Below are positions 26,734-36,197 of a DNA stretch of 64,000 bases, one piece after another. The stretch is from assembly GCA_964489725.1 (NCBI GenBank), contig CAZBAX010000005.1, positions 31,935-95,934 of the forward strand, written 5' to 3'. The number at the start of each line of letters is the position of its first letter. The first letter of the stretch is position 1. The DNA is from an uncultured Anaerolinea sp. GTDB lineage: Bacteria > Chloroflexota > Anaerolineae > Anaerolineales > Villigracilaceae. The translations under genes and the position numbers were made by a program. The notes beneath the pieces are model-generated. The model was not told the origin of the DNA and searched no databases. It worked only from the letters and a program-made list of their open reading frames with translations.

Positions 26734-27897
26734 ATGCCCGGACTCAAAGAATATTTTTTGCTCGATCCAGATATTGTTTTCCTGAACCACGGTTCCTTTG
26801 GTGCGACTCCCAGACCTGTTTTTGATGCATACCAGCACTGGCAGCTGCGCCTGGAACGCCAGCCCGTGTTGTTCCTCGGACGCGAATACAACGATCTGCT
26901 TTTGCAATCGCGGGTCGCGCTAGGGAAATACTTAAACGCCGATGCGGATGATCTCGTGTATATCCCCAATGCCACACATGGCGTGAACATCATCGCACGC
27001 GCGCTGGACTTGCGTAACGGAGATGAGATCATCACCACAAATCACGAATATGGCGCCTGTGACTATACCTGGGATTTTCTGTGCGGCAAAGCCGGGGCGA
27101 AGTATATCCATCGACCCATTGCGGTTCCAGTGTGTTCTCAGGATGAGATCGTGGAGCAGTTCTGGCAGGGCGTGACCGTGCACACGAAGGCTGTTTATCT
27201 GAGTCACATCACATCTCCCACAGCACTGCGATTGCCCGTGGAAAAGATATGCGCGCTCGCCAGACAAGCCGGCATCGTATCCATCGTCGACGCGGCACAC
27301 TCACCCGGGCAAATCCCCGTAGACTTGCAGTCGCTCGACGCGGATGTGGTATTTGGCAATTGCCACAAATGGATGTTAAGTCCCAAGGGCGCGGCGTTCC
27401 TGTATGTCAGACGCGAACTTCAGCACCTGGCGGAACCTTTGATCGTAAGCTGGGGATATCAGGCCACTCAAGAGACGACCACTGGTTCTCGCTTTGTAGA
27501 TTTGCTTCAATGGACGGGCACCAAAGACCCGGCTGCTGCATTGTCCGTCCCGGCGGCGATCCAATTCATGCAGGAACAGAATTGGGACCGAGTGCGTTCT
27601 GAATGTCATGCCCTGCTGCGCGAAACGCTGGAACGCATCTGCGACCTGACCGGACTTCCCCCGTTATATCCTTTGGAGTCTGATTTCTACAGCCAAATGT
27701 GCGTGGCTCCATTACCACCTTCGAATCTTGTAGAGTTGAAAAAACGTTTATATGACGAGTATAGAATCGAAGTTCCGTTGATCGAATGGAATGATATACA
27801 TCTCATCCGTGTTTCCGTGCAGGCATATAACGACCGGCGAGATGCCGACGCGTTATTGGATGCGCTCAAATCCCTTTTGCCTCAAGTTGCACTGTAA
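26734..27897 (+). CDS. Class V aminotransferase (cysteine desulfurase / isopenicillin-N-epimerase-like, PLP-dependent)
   Basis: FLNHGSFGATP N-terminus and PLP-lysine context NCHKWMLSPKG. The track ORF 5' extension is rejected. Confidence 0.8.
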   Translation: MPGLKEYFLLDPDIVFLNHGSFGATPRPVFDAYQHWQLRLERQPVLFLGREYNDLLLQSRVALGKYLNADADDLVYIPNATHGVNIIARALDLRNGDEIITTNHEYGACDYTWDFLCGKAGAKYIHRPIAVPVCSQDEIVEQFWQGVTVHTKAVYLSHITSPTALRLPVEKICALARQAGIVSIVDAAHSPGQIPVDLQSLDADVVFGNCHKWMLSPKGAAFLYVRRELQHLAEPLIVSWGYQATQETTTGSRFVDLLQWTGTKDPAAALSVPAAIQFMQEQNWDRVRSECHALLRETLERICDLTGLPPLYPLESDFYSQMCVAPLPPSNLVELKKRLYDEYRIEVPLIEWNDIHLIRVSVQAYNDRRDADALLDALKSLLPQVAL

Positions 27898-28024
27898 TCG
27901 TCCCTTCCCACGGCTGTAACCACAACTAAAGATCGGCAACGTGTACCGCATCTTATTCGTATTAATTACAGAATACCAGATAATTTTAGTAACTTACTCT
28001 ACACAAAACGGGTTAAACGAGTTT

Positions 28025-28094
28025 CTGTAACGCGACATTTATGTCGCCTTGATGCAGGCAACGCCTTAAAAGCGAGATAAATCTCGCCTTACAG
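28025..28094. repeat. Family-C double hairpin element (gcgacatttatgtcgc ... gcgagataaatctcgc)
   Basis: Two self-complementary units flanked by ctgtaa / ttacag. The same unit gcgacataaatgtcgc recurs at 46443-46458. Confidence 0.6.
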
Positions 28095-28131
28095 GTATCG
28101 CCGCGTAAGGTGAATTATTTAACCAGGAGCT

Positions 28132-28270
28132 TGTCGGAGAGCCGCGTTTGGTGGCGGAAAATGCCAATTTGAACCGCCAAGTGCGCCAAGCACGCGAAGT
28201 TTAATGCACTTTCTTAGCGATCATAGCGTGCTTCGCGGTGAAACGATGGCGCTGACTCGGCTCTCCGACA
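28132..28270. repeat. MITE-like element with a perfect 13-bp terminal inverted repeat and a family-B core
   Basis: tgtcggagagccg (28132-28144) / cggctctccgaca (28258-28270). The core 28172-28239 holds ccgccaag..gcacgcgaag / cttcgcggtg. Confidence 0.7.
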
Positions 28271-28292
28271 GCCTGCTACGAAAGGTCTTATC

Positions 28293-28892
28293 ATGAATCG
28301 ACGTCTGACTATTAACTTGATTTTGGGGCTGGTTCTGCTTTCCAGTGCTTGTTCCTCGAACGGCAGCCCGACACCTGCCAAGAATTCACAGGGTACATAC
28401 TCTCTGGAAACGAGAACCGGCATTGATGAAATTGATAACGTGCTCGTCGCGGTCGCAAGCGGAGATCGTGCCCAATTGGAGAGCCTCATCGATTACACAA
28501 CCGCACCGTGCACTACCCGTGATGGATTCGGAGGTCCACCAAAATGCCGCGAAGGAGAATCAGAAGGTACGCCCATTGAAGCAATCCCCATGATTAGTAG
28601 TGAAGGAGGTTTCATTCGCAAAGAGGAGATCGATGTTTGGACGGGTGTGAATGCCGAGGCGCTGTTTGCCGTCTATCGTGTCTCCGAGGATGGAGTTGAG
28701 GAAGAATACTATCCTCGCGGAGAATACGCCATTGTTTTTCTTTCGAATGAAGGTGGAGTGGGAGTGACCTTGCGCATCCTTGACGGCAGGATCGTCCGTG
28801 TGGATTATCCTTTTTACGAGTCTCTCCAGCACTTGAAGGCCTGGGTCGGACAGGATGCCTCGGAAGTAATACTTCTGCCGAATGTCCGTTAA
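28293..28892 (+). CDS. Hypothetical lipoprotein
   Basis: Lipobox LILGLVLLSSAC. AAAGG SD. Confidence 0.7.
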   Translation: MNRRLTINLILGLVLLSSACSSNGSPTPAKNSQGTYSLETRTGIDEIDNVLVAVASGDRAQLESLIDYTTAPCTTRDGFGGPPKCREGESEGTPIEAIPMISSEGGFIRKEEIDVWTGVNAEALFAVYRVSEDGVEEEYYPRGEYAIVFLSNEGGVGVTLRILDGRIVRVDYPFYESLQHLKAWVGQDASEVILLPNVR

Positions 28893-28917
28893 TTTCAGTA
28901 AATCACAGGTTCACCGT

Positions 28918-29022
28918 GTCATTGCGACCTTCGAGAAGCGATCTCCTGTTTATACGTGATTTTCCGGCTACTTCAGCCGCGAGATTGCTTCGTGGCGCTT
29001 GTAGCGCCACTCGCAATGACGG
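28918..29022. repeat. Family-A element, copy A3
   Basis: gtcattgcga ... gagattgcttcgtggcgcttgtagcgccactcgcaatgacgg. Confidence 0.8.
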
Positions 29023-29056
29023 ATAAGAATTTTAGAGGAACAGATAGGAATAGCCT

Positions 29057-29956
29057 ATGGATATTACACTTGCACTAGGCGGCGGAGGGTCACGAGGGAT
29101 TTCTCATATCGGAGTCATCCGCCGTCTCGAAAAGGAAGGATTCCGCATCAAAGCCATCGCCGGCTCAAGCTTTGGCGGGCTGGTGGCGATCCTGTATGCA
29201 TTGGGGTATCGTCCCAACGACCTGGAGGAGATGTTTGCTTCGCTGGACCAGAGACAGTTTTACGGACGCACAGCCAACGATGGACCCGCTCTCCTGGGGC
29301 TGGCAGGGGTTACTCAACTACTGGAAAGCGTGATCGGTGATCGCACGTTCGCCGATTTGCGCATTCCCTGCGTTGTGACCGCCACCGATCTAAAAGGTGG
29401 AACTGAGGTGATCCTGTCGGAAGGACGGCTCGTGGATGCCATTCTTGCTACCATCGCATTGCCGGGCATCTTCCCGGCGCGCCACGTGGGAGAATTCGAA
29501 CTTGTCGACGGCGGCACACTGGATCCGGTCCCTGTGGCGCCGGTCCGGGACCTCGCGCCCAGGCTGCCTGTGGTTGCCGTCGCTTTGGGTATACCCTTTG
29601 GGTCGGCAGCGCGCTCGTGGTCGATCCCCTTGCCTGGTTTTCTGCCGCGTATCATTGTCGACCGGTTTAGCAAGATGCGCTATGGGTTGGTATTGGATGT
29701 CTTCATGCGTTCACTCGACATTGTCAGCCGTGCGGTATCAGAATACCGTCTCGAAGTGGACAAGCCAGACATCATTGTCCGTCCGCGCGTTGGAAATATT
29801 GATACACTTGACGTCGTCGATGTACATGAAGTGATTCGGGTCGGCGAACAGGCTGCAGATGAAGTGATCCCGCAGTTGAAGCAGAAGTTTACGCTGCGTA
29901 ACCGGTTCCGCCGCGCGCTACAGAGTGCCGCAAAATTAGGTAAACTCGAAATTTGA
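29057..29956 (+). CDS. Patatin-like phospholipase
   Basis: GGGGSRG oxyanion motif, GSSFGG (GxSxG) and DGG catalytic Asp motif. Confidence 0.85.
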   Translation: MDITLALGGGGSRGISHIGVIRRLEKEGFRIKAIAGSSFGGLVAILYALGYRPNDLEEMFASLDQRQFYGRTANDGPALLGLAGVTQLLESVIGDRTFADLRIPCVVTATDLKGGTEVILSEGRLVDAILATIALPGIFPARHVGEFELVDGGTLDPVPVAPVRDLAPRLPVVAVALGIPFGSAARSWSIPLPGFLPRIIVDRFSKMRYGLVLDVFMRSLDIVSRAVSEYRLEVDKPDIIVRPRVGNIDTLDVVDVHEVIRVGEQAADEVIPQLKQKFTLRNRFRRALQSAAKLGKLEI

Positions 29957-30106
29957 ACTTCAGCTTGCCTCTGGCGTCTGTAGACCTGAACATCTAATCT
30001 ACATATTGCCATCAAACGTTTAATTCTTACTGAGCCAGGCGGCAAGTTTACAAAGTCTGCTTTTCGCATGTAAGATACTCATAAGACAAACCGTAGGAGC
30101 AAAGGC

Positions 30107-30334
30107 TTGAGCAGAGACCTGAGAAAATTTTCCAGAGACACAAACGTGCGACTCGCTGTCGGAGCGTTCCTCCTGTTGTTCGTGGTGGGAATCGGGTTGA
30201 TTTGGGCGATCTACGGGCAGGCGGCTGCAGGCATGGGATTTCTGTGTCTGTTGGCCGCCGTGGTACCGGTCATTCTCATCCTGGCCGTCTTCGTCGGTAT
30301 AGAATGGATCCTCAAGCGTGCCAGACCCAAATAA
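30107..30334 (+). CDS. Small two-TM membrane protein (75 aa, TTG start)
   Basis: Two hydrophobic helices. Overlaps the next gene by 17 nt. Start uncertain. Confidence 0.45.
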   Translation: MSRDLRKFSRDTNVRLAVGAFLLLFVVGIGLIWAIYGQAAAGMGFLCLLAAVVPVILILAVFVGIEWILKRARPK

Positions 30335-30980
30335 CACGAACCTCATTGAATTCAAAAATTGGACGCTGCGAGTTCGCCAAGCAGCGAGTCCCGCGCCCCG
30401 GCTGCTGGTCTTGATCCACGGGCTGACCGGCGACGAAAACTCGATGTGGGTGTTCGCGCGCAATCTGTCCTCCAGCTACTGGATCATTGCACCGCGTGCC
30501 CCATACCGCGCCGCGCCGAGCGGGTACTCGTGGCGCGAAGGGTTTGACTCGTCGCAGTTCGGCCGCCCAACGGTCGAGCAGCTGCGGATGGGCCTTGAGG
30601 GGTTGATCCACCTCGTCGACGAGTATGCGGCCTCGGCTGGTATCGATGCGAGTACCTTCGATGTGATGGGGTTCAGCCAGGGCGCGGCCGTGTGCAATAT
30701 GCTGGCCTTCCTAGTTCCGCAGCGCATCCGCAAGACCGGTATTCTGGCTGGCTTTGTCCCCGGTGGGTTAGAAGAGCTGGTATCAGGGCGTCCATTACAA
30801 GGGAAGCCGTTCTTCGTGGCCCATGGAACCAAGGACGATACGGTCAGTATCGAACGGGCGCGCGAGTCGATCGCGATCCTTGAGCAGGCGGGCGCCAACG
30901 TAACCTACTGTGAAGATGAAGTAGGACACAAAGTCAGCGTGAACTGCCTGCGCGCCCTAAAGGATTTTCTCGCAGATTAA
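30318..30980 (+). CDS. Alpha/beta hydrolase, phospholipase/carboxylesterase family
   Basis: LIHGLTGDE, nucleophile elbow GFSQGA and a C-terminal His (GHKV). Confidence 0.8.
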   Translation: MPDPNNTNLIEFKNWTLRVRQAASPAPRLLVLIHGLTGDENSMWVFARNLSSSYWIIAPRAPYRAAPSGYSWREGFDSSQFGRPTVEQLRMGLEGLIHLVDEYAASAGIDASTFDVMGFSQGAAVCNMLAFLVPQRIRKTGILAGFVPGGLEELVSGRPLQGKPFFVAHGTKDDTVSIERARESIAILEQAGANVTYCEDEVGHKVSVNCLRALKDFLAD

Positions 30981-31075
30981 TCCTTTCTAAGTCGGACGTT
31001 GACTAGCCCTTTGTTTGCAGGTATCCTTAGAATTACGCGTCACACCTGCACTGCAACAAACGCAGTGAGGTGCAA

Positions 31076-31160
31076 GTGTTGCGAACGGAGCGAAGCGCAG
31101 TGAAGCGATCTCCAACTTGTTTTCGGATTGCTTCGTCAGGAGATCGCCCTCCTCGCAACC
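31076..31160. repeat. Family-A element, degenerate copy A4
   Basis: gtgttgcgaacggagcgaagc ... ggattgcttcgtcaggagatcgccctcctcgcaacc, followed by hairpin ccccgcc/ggcgggg (31159-31179). Confidence 0.55.
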
Positions 31161-31200
31161 CCGCCTGCTTTGGGCGGGGTAATCACATTTTGGTGAATTA

Positions 31201-32370
31201 ATGAATCAAAACATCTCTCGTCGTGACTTTCTGAAAATCGCTGGTGCAGGTCTGGGGGCCCTCACTTCGTTCGCCTTCAATCCGTACAGGCGTGTGAATT
31301 TTGAATATTTATCCAGCCCCAAGCGCTTACCGCAATTCCCCGGCAGCGCCATCATCGGTCGTGTGGTCGAAAACGGTATTGACGTACGTAGCCAACCCCT
31401 ATATGATCCTTCGGATCCCAATCTGAATAATACAATTGCGCAGGCCAATGCAGATGACCTTGTCGAATGGGGACGGCAGGTTGTCGGAAGAGTGGGCGGT
31501 GGGTTAACAAATCAACGTTATGTTGAGACTCCGCAGGGCTATATTTATGCACCTGTTGTCCAGCCTACGCGTAATCTTCCCAACACACCTGTGACCGAGA
31601 TTCCCGCTGGGCAGCCGGGCTTTTGGGCCGAAGTCACCGTTCCATATATAGATCTGGCACATGAAGGTGCGGTAGCTTCGCCGTGGTTGCAGTCAAATAT
31701 TGCATATCGCTTCCCGCCACGTCTGTATTATGGTCAGGTGGTGTGGATCGACCAGATTCGCACCACCAATGGCTTTGTGGAATATCGTTGGAATGAAGAC
31801 GCGAATGGGCATGGTTACGGTTACGGTGCCTATGGCGAGTTCTTCTGGGCGGATGGAGCTGGGTTGAAAATTCTTACAGATGCAGACGTAGCTCCCATCA
31901 ATGCCGATGTCGATCCCAGTGAAAAGAAGATCACAGCCAATCTAGACAACCAAACCTTATCCTGTTTTGAAGGAAGTACAGAAGTCTATTTTTGTCGGAT
32001 CTCCAGTGGTCTAAAATATGATGCTGATGGACAGATCAGCAACAAATTGGCCACACCCGTGGGTAATTTGCTTACGCACTGGAAGATCATCTCTATAAAT
32101 ATGACCGCTGGCACTTCTCAGGCCGGCTATTCGACACCCGCCGTTCCCTGGTCCACATTGATCAGCGGCGATGGCATTGCCATTCATGGTGCCTTCTGGC
32201 ACAATGCGTTCGGCGAGAGACGTTCACATGGCTGTATCAATGTGACTCCCGAAGATGCCAAATGGATCTTCCGCTGGACCACGCCTTACGTTTCTCTGGC
32301 GCAAAGTGAAATGCGAGTCAGCCTGCCCGATCACGGTACGGTCGTGACCACCACAGAAACCACGTTTTGA
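31201..32370 (+). CDS. L,D-transpeptidase (YkuD domain) with a Tat signal
   Basis: Twin-arginine motif SRRDFLK. YkuD catalytic motif RRSHGCINV. Confidence 0.85.
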   Translation: MNQNISRRDFLKIAGAGLGALTSFAFNPYRRVNFEYLSSPKRLPQFPGSAIIGRVVENGIDVRSQPLYDPSDPNLNNTIAQANADDLVEWGRQVVGRVGGGLTNQRYVETPQGYIYAPVVQPTRNLPNTPVTEIPAGQPGFWAEVTVPYIDLAHEGAVASPWLQSNIAYRFPPRLYYGQVVWIDQIRTTNGFVEYRWNEDANGHGYGYGAYGEFFWADGAGLKILTDADVAPINADVDPSEKKITANLDNQTLSCFEGSTEVYFCRISSGLKYDADGQISNKLATPVGNLLTHWKIISINMTAGTSQAGYSTPAVPWSTLISGDGIAIHGAFWHNAFGERRSHGCINVTPEDAKWIFRWTTPYVSLAQSEMRVSLPDHGTVVTTTETTF

Positions 32371-32388
32371 TGCGGAGCAATTTGTAAG

Positions 32389-33114
32389 ATGGATATCGCC
32401 AACGTTACACTGGGACTTTCCTTTCTCGCCGGCCTTGCTTCGTTTCTTTCGCCGTGCGTTTTTTCGCTTGTTCCGGCCTATATCGGGTATTTGGGAGGAC
32501 GGGCCGCGGGCGGTGAAATGAACGAGAGCAATCGGTTCATCACCTTCACACATGGGTTGGCCTTCGTGCTCGGCTTCAGTGCTGTATTTGTAGCCTTTGG
32601 CGCGGCCGCATCTGCCTTCAGTGTATTGTTGTTTGACCTCCGTTTTTGGCTCGCCAAGATCGGCGGCGTGATCGTGGTGGTCTTTGGTCTGCACATGATC
32701 GGCATACTTCGCATTCCGTTCCTGGAGTACGATACGCGGGTCCAGCAGTTGCCTGATCGCAAATGGGGATATGTATCCTCGGCATTGATGGGTGTTTTCT
32801 TTTCTGCGGGATGGGCTCCCTGCGTGGGACCGGTGTTGGGCTCGATCCTGACGCTTGCATTAAATGGCGGCTCCGTATCGACGGGCGTCTCGCTTCTTTC
32901 CGCCTACTCAGCCGGACTCGCCATCCCATTCCTGATCGCCGCCCTCGGCGTGGGCTGGGTGTCGGCGACACTCCGCAAATATGGTAAGGTGATGCATTAT
33001 GTGGAGATCACCATGGGCGTGATCCTCGTGATTATCGGCGTGATGTTGTTTGCGGGTATCTTTGAACGCATTGCCCAGGCCGGACAATTCTTCTGGATCG
33101 ATTTCGGTCTATAG
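32389..33114 (+). CDS. ccdA: Cytochrome c biogenesis / thiol-disulfide transporter CcdA (DsbD family)
   Basis: SPCVFSLVPAYIGYL and GWAPCVGPVLG conserved Cys motifs, with six TM helices. Confidence 0.85.
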   Translation: MDIANVTLGLSFLAGLASFLSPCVFSLVPAYIGYLGGRAAGGEMNESNRFITFTHGLAFVLGFSAVFVAFGAAASAFSVLLFDLRFWLAKIGGVIVVVFGLHMIGILRIPFLEYDTRVQQLPDRKWGYVSSALMGVFFSAGWAPCVGPVLGSILTLALNGGSVSTGVSLLSAYSAGLAIPFLIAALGVGWVSATLRKYGKVMHYVEITMGVILVIIGVMLFAGIFERIAQAGQFFWIDFGL

Positions 33115-33130
33115 GGGTTTGATTTTCAAT

Positions 33131-34171
33131 ATGCTTACCGTTACCCTCTACATGCGGCAGGATTGTCAACTGTGCGATCAGGCCAAAGCTGATCTGAACG
33201 CGTTGCAGGACAAACATCCTCATCGACTCGTGGAAATCGACATCGACTCGGATCCCCTCCTGCAAAAAACATATCTGGTCGAAATCCCTGTGGTGGAGGC
33301 CGGGCCGTACGTTCTCAAAGCTCCCTTTGATAAACAGAAACTCTCGATGACTCTCGGTGCGGCGGGCGACCGGCGCGGTCAGTTGGATAAGCTGGGACGC
33401 GAAGATCACCATGATCGCCTGCGCCGCGGCCAAAGCATCAGCGGCGCGGACCGTTTCATGTTCGGTTTCTCACGGCATTATCTCGCAATCGTTAACTTGT
33501 TCATGTTCCTGTATTTCGGTCTGGCGATGCTGGCGCCGATGTTGATGAAAGCCGGCGCGCCGCTTCCAGCTGCTGTGTTGTACACCATCTATAAACCGCT
33601 CTGTCATCAATTTGGGTTCAGGTCGTTCTTTTTGTTCGGAGCACAGCCTTACTATCCGCTGGCAGAAGCCGGGCTTCCTGGCGTGACGACGTTCGAAGAG
33701 ATCACCGGTTTTCAGGACCTGCACAACCCGGCGGCATATTCAAGATTAGAGGCGCGCCAGTTCATCGGCAACGAGCAGGTCGGGTACAAGATGGCGCTGT
33801 GTGAACGTGACATCGCCATTTACAGTGGTATCTTCCTGTTTGGATTGCTCTTCGCCGCGACCGGTCGAAAAATCAAGCCATTGCATTGGATCCTATGGGT
33901 GGCGCTCGGTATGATTCCGATTGGGCTCGATGGTTTCTCGCAGCTCTTCAGCCAGATGGATTGGCAATGGCTGGCGAGCATCCTTCCGTATCGCGAGAGT
34001 ACACCGTTCCTGCGTACCCTCACCGGCGCCATTTTTGGCGTGACCACTGCCTGGTTTGCCTACCCGTACATGGAAGAATCGTTTTCACAGACACGTCAGT
34101 TCTTTATCAAAAAATTTGCAGCCATCGATCAATCGAACAAGAGGAATGCTTACGAAGTGCCGCAGAATTAG
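33131..34171 (+). CDS. Glutaredoxin-like (DUF836-type, CxxC) domain fused to a DUF2085 membrane domain
   Basis: N-terminus MLTVTLYMRQDCQLCDQAK..., then a membrane domain with PLCHQFGFRSF and ALCERDIAIY motifs. Confidence 0.7.
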   Translation: MLTVTLYMRQDCQLCDQAKADLNALQDKHPHRLVEIDIDSDPLLQKTYLVEIPVVEAGPYVLKAPFDKQKLSMTLGAAGDRRGQLDKLGREDHHDRLRRGQSISGADRFMFGFSRHYLAIVNLFMFLYFGLAMLAPMLMKAGAPLPAAVLYTIYKPLCHQFGFRSFFLFGAQPYYPLAEAGLPGVTTFEEITGFQDLHNPAAYSRLEARQFIGNEQVGYKMALCERDIAIYSGIFLFGLLFAATGRKIKPLHWILWVALGMIPIGLDGFSQLFSQMDWQWLASILPYRESTPFLRTLTGAIFGVTTAWFAYPYMEESFSQTRQFFIKKFAAIDQSNKRNAYEVPQN

Positions 34172-34241
34172 CGCAGTTCAAGACAGCTACACAAAATGGA
34201 AAAAAATTTGAAAAATTTATTGAGTAGCGAGACGAGCGGCC

Positions 34242-35015
34242 ATGTCAATGATCCAATGTGACGAGATCCGCTATTTTCAGTTTGATTCCCTGAAGACCAA
34301 ACATGCAATTTTTACACGTCATGGCGGGAAAAGTCCGCAGCCATGGGGCACGCTCAACGTCGGTGGTACCGTTGGCGATGACCTGAACCGCGTGCAGGAG
34401 AATTGCATCCGTTCCTTCCGCGCCCTGGACTGTGACCCCGAATCCATTTTTGATGTATGGCAGGTCCATAGCGCCGATGTGGTTTGTGCACGTGCGCCGC
34501 GCCCACATGGCGAATCGTATCGTCAGGCCGATAGTATTCTGACCGATCAGGCAGATGTGACGTTGTTCATGCGCTTTGCAGATTGTGTGCCGCTCATGCT
34601 GCACGACCCGCGCCTGGGTGTGATCGGTGTTGCCCATGCCGGCTGGATGGGAACGCTGCGCGACGTAGCGGCCTCGACAGTCAATGCAATGAAAAGGACC
34701 TACGGGTGCAACCCATCCGATATCATGGCCGGCATCGGCCCCTCCATTGGGCCGGACCATTACGAGATCGGGGCCGACGTCATATTGCAGGTCATGCAGA
34801 AATTCGGCGACGATTCTGAACGGGTGCTCAAATCGCACCATGGCAAGATCCATTTCAATTTGTGGGAAGCCAACCGCATGTTGTTGGAACGCGCCGGGAT
34901 CGAGCAGATCGAAATCTCCGGCCTATGTACCGCCTGCAACACCCATGATTGGTACTCCCACCGGGCTGAAAAAGGCCGCACCGGTCGCTTCGGCGCTCTG
35001 ATTGCGTTGCAGTAA
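34242..35015 (+). CDS. pgeF: YfiH/PgeF family (DUF152, laccase-domain / purine nucleoside phosphorylase LACC1 family)
   Basis: FADCVPL, VAHAGWMGT and CTAC...YSHR..GRTGR motifs. Confidence 0.85.
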   Translation: MSMIQCDEIRYFQFDSLKTKHAIFTRHGGKSPQPWGTLNVGGTVGDDLNRVQENCIRSFRALDCDPESIFDVWQVHSADVVCARAPRPHGESYRQADSILTDQADVTLFMRFADCVPLMLHDPRLGVIGVAHAGWMGTLRDVAASTVNAMKRTYGCNPSDIMAGIGPSIGPDHYEIGADVILQVMQKFGDDSERVLKSHHGKIHFNLWEANRMLLERAGIEQIEISGLCTACNTHDWYSHRAEKGRTGRFGALIALQ

Positions 35016-35068
35016 TTCCCGAACGCAGGACCTTGCAAAGGTTCCCACAAGTCTTTGTAATTCAGCAT

Positions 35069-35146
35069 CTACTTTCCACTTTCTACTCCTCACTTCTCGC
35101 TGTTTACTTCTTACTTTTTACTTTTCACTTTCTAACCTCCCCCGCG
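35069..35146 (+). repeat. Family-D polypyrimidine tract, copy D2
   Basis: ctactttccactttctactcctcacttctc...ttacttttcactttctaacctcccccgc, ending 4 nt before a TATAAT. Confidence 0.6.
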
Positions 35147-35149
35147 CAT

Positions 35150-35155
35150 TATAAT
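35150..35155 (+). promoter_or_regulatory. -10 hexamer TATAAT 6 nt upstream of the yggS ATG
   Basis: tataat, then caccac, then ATG at 35162. No SD. Confidence 0.5.
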
Positions 35156-35161
35156 CACCAC

Positions 35162-35935
35162 ATGACCGACCTCGTCAACTCCATTCGCGAAAACCATCAA
35201 CGCGTTCTTAACCAAATTGCAGAGTCCGCTCATCGAGCAAACCGTAACTCCAATGAGATCCGTCTCGTCGTGGTAACGAAGACGCAGCCCATTGAAATAG
35301 TTCAGGCTGCCATCGAAGCAGGAGTGCGTATCTTCGGAGAGAATTATCCCGAAGAAGGTGTCATGAAAATTCAATCACTCGCCGCGCAAACTAGTGTAGA
35401 ATGGCATATGATCGGTCACGTCCAAAGCCGAAAAGCTCGTCTCGTAGCAGATCATTTTGCACTTTTACACTCACTCGATAGCCTCAAACTTGCCCAGCGC
35501 CTGGACCGTTTCTCCGCCGAAGCTAACCGTACTCTGCCAGTCTTGCTCGAACTGAATGTCGGCGGTGAAGAAAGCAAATCGGGATGGGATGCCGCCGACG
35601 AATCGCGTTGGGATGGGCTGCTGCCTGATCTCACGGCCATCGTGGACCTGCCTCACCTGCGCGTGCAGGGGCTGATGACCATGCCGCCGCTGGGTACAGA
35701 CGCGCAAGAGTCGCGGCGCTTCTTTCAACGCCTGAGGCGGTTACGTGACCATCTTGCATCCCGGCTTCCCCAGGCGCAGTGGCATGAGCTATCGATGGGC
35801 ACGAGCGCGGATTTTGGGGTGGCGGTCGAAGAAGGTGCGACCCTGGTCAGAGTAGGGACGGCCATCGTTGGAACACGCCATTACAAGCGTGGTGGCGCCG
35901 ATGGAACCATGGATAAGCTGGAGAGTGAAGCTTGA
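35162..35935 (+). CDS. yggS: YggS-family pyridoxal-phosphate homeostasis protein
   Basis: LVVVTKTQP (PLP Lys), FGENY and HMIGHVQSRK motifs. Confidence 0.9.
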   Translation: MTDLVNSIRENHQRVLNQIAESAHRANRNSNEIRLVVVTKTQPIEIVQAAIEAGVRIFGENYPEEGVMKIQSLAAQTSVEWHMIGHVQSRKARLVADHFALLHSLDSLKLAQRLDRFSAEANRTLPVLLELNVGGEESKSGWDAADESRWDGLLPDLTAIVDLPHLRVQGLMTMPPLGTDAQESRRFFQRLRRLRDHLASRLPQAQWHELSMGTSADFGVAVEEGATLVRVGTAIVGTRHYKRGGADGTMDKLESEA

Positions 35936-36195
35936 TTAGTATCCTGATAACATTGATCAATTTTATTGAGTGGATCCTCATCCTGTTAATATTTATTTCT
36001 GTAATTCTGTCCTACTTCATGGACCCTTACCATCCTGTGCGACGAGGTATAGACCGCATCGTTGAACCCATGCTTATGCCCATACGCCGGATCGTGCCAT
36101 TAGTGGGAATGCTCGATTTCAGCCCGCTGATCCTCATTATTCTGATCCAGCTTAGTTCCAGTCTATTGGTTCGCTTGTTACTTTCATTGAGGTGA
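35932..36195 (+). CDS. yggT: YggT-family membrane protein
   Basis: Two TM helices with the typical PVRR...EPML.PIRR motif. TTG start overlaps the yggS stop. Confidence 0.75.
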   Translation: MISILITLINFIEWILILLIFISVILSYFMDPYHPVRRGIDRIVEPMLMPIRRIVPLVGMLDFSPLILIILIQLSSSLLVRLLLSLR

Positions 36196-36197
36196 TT

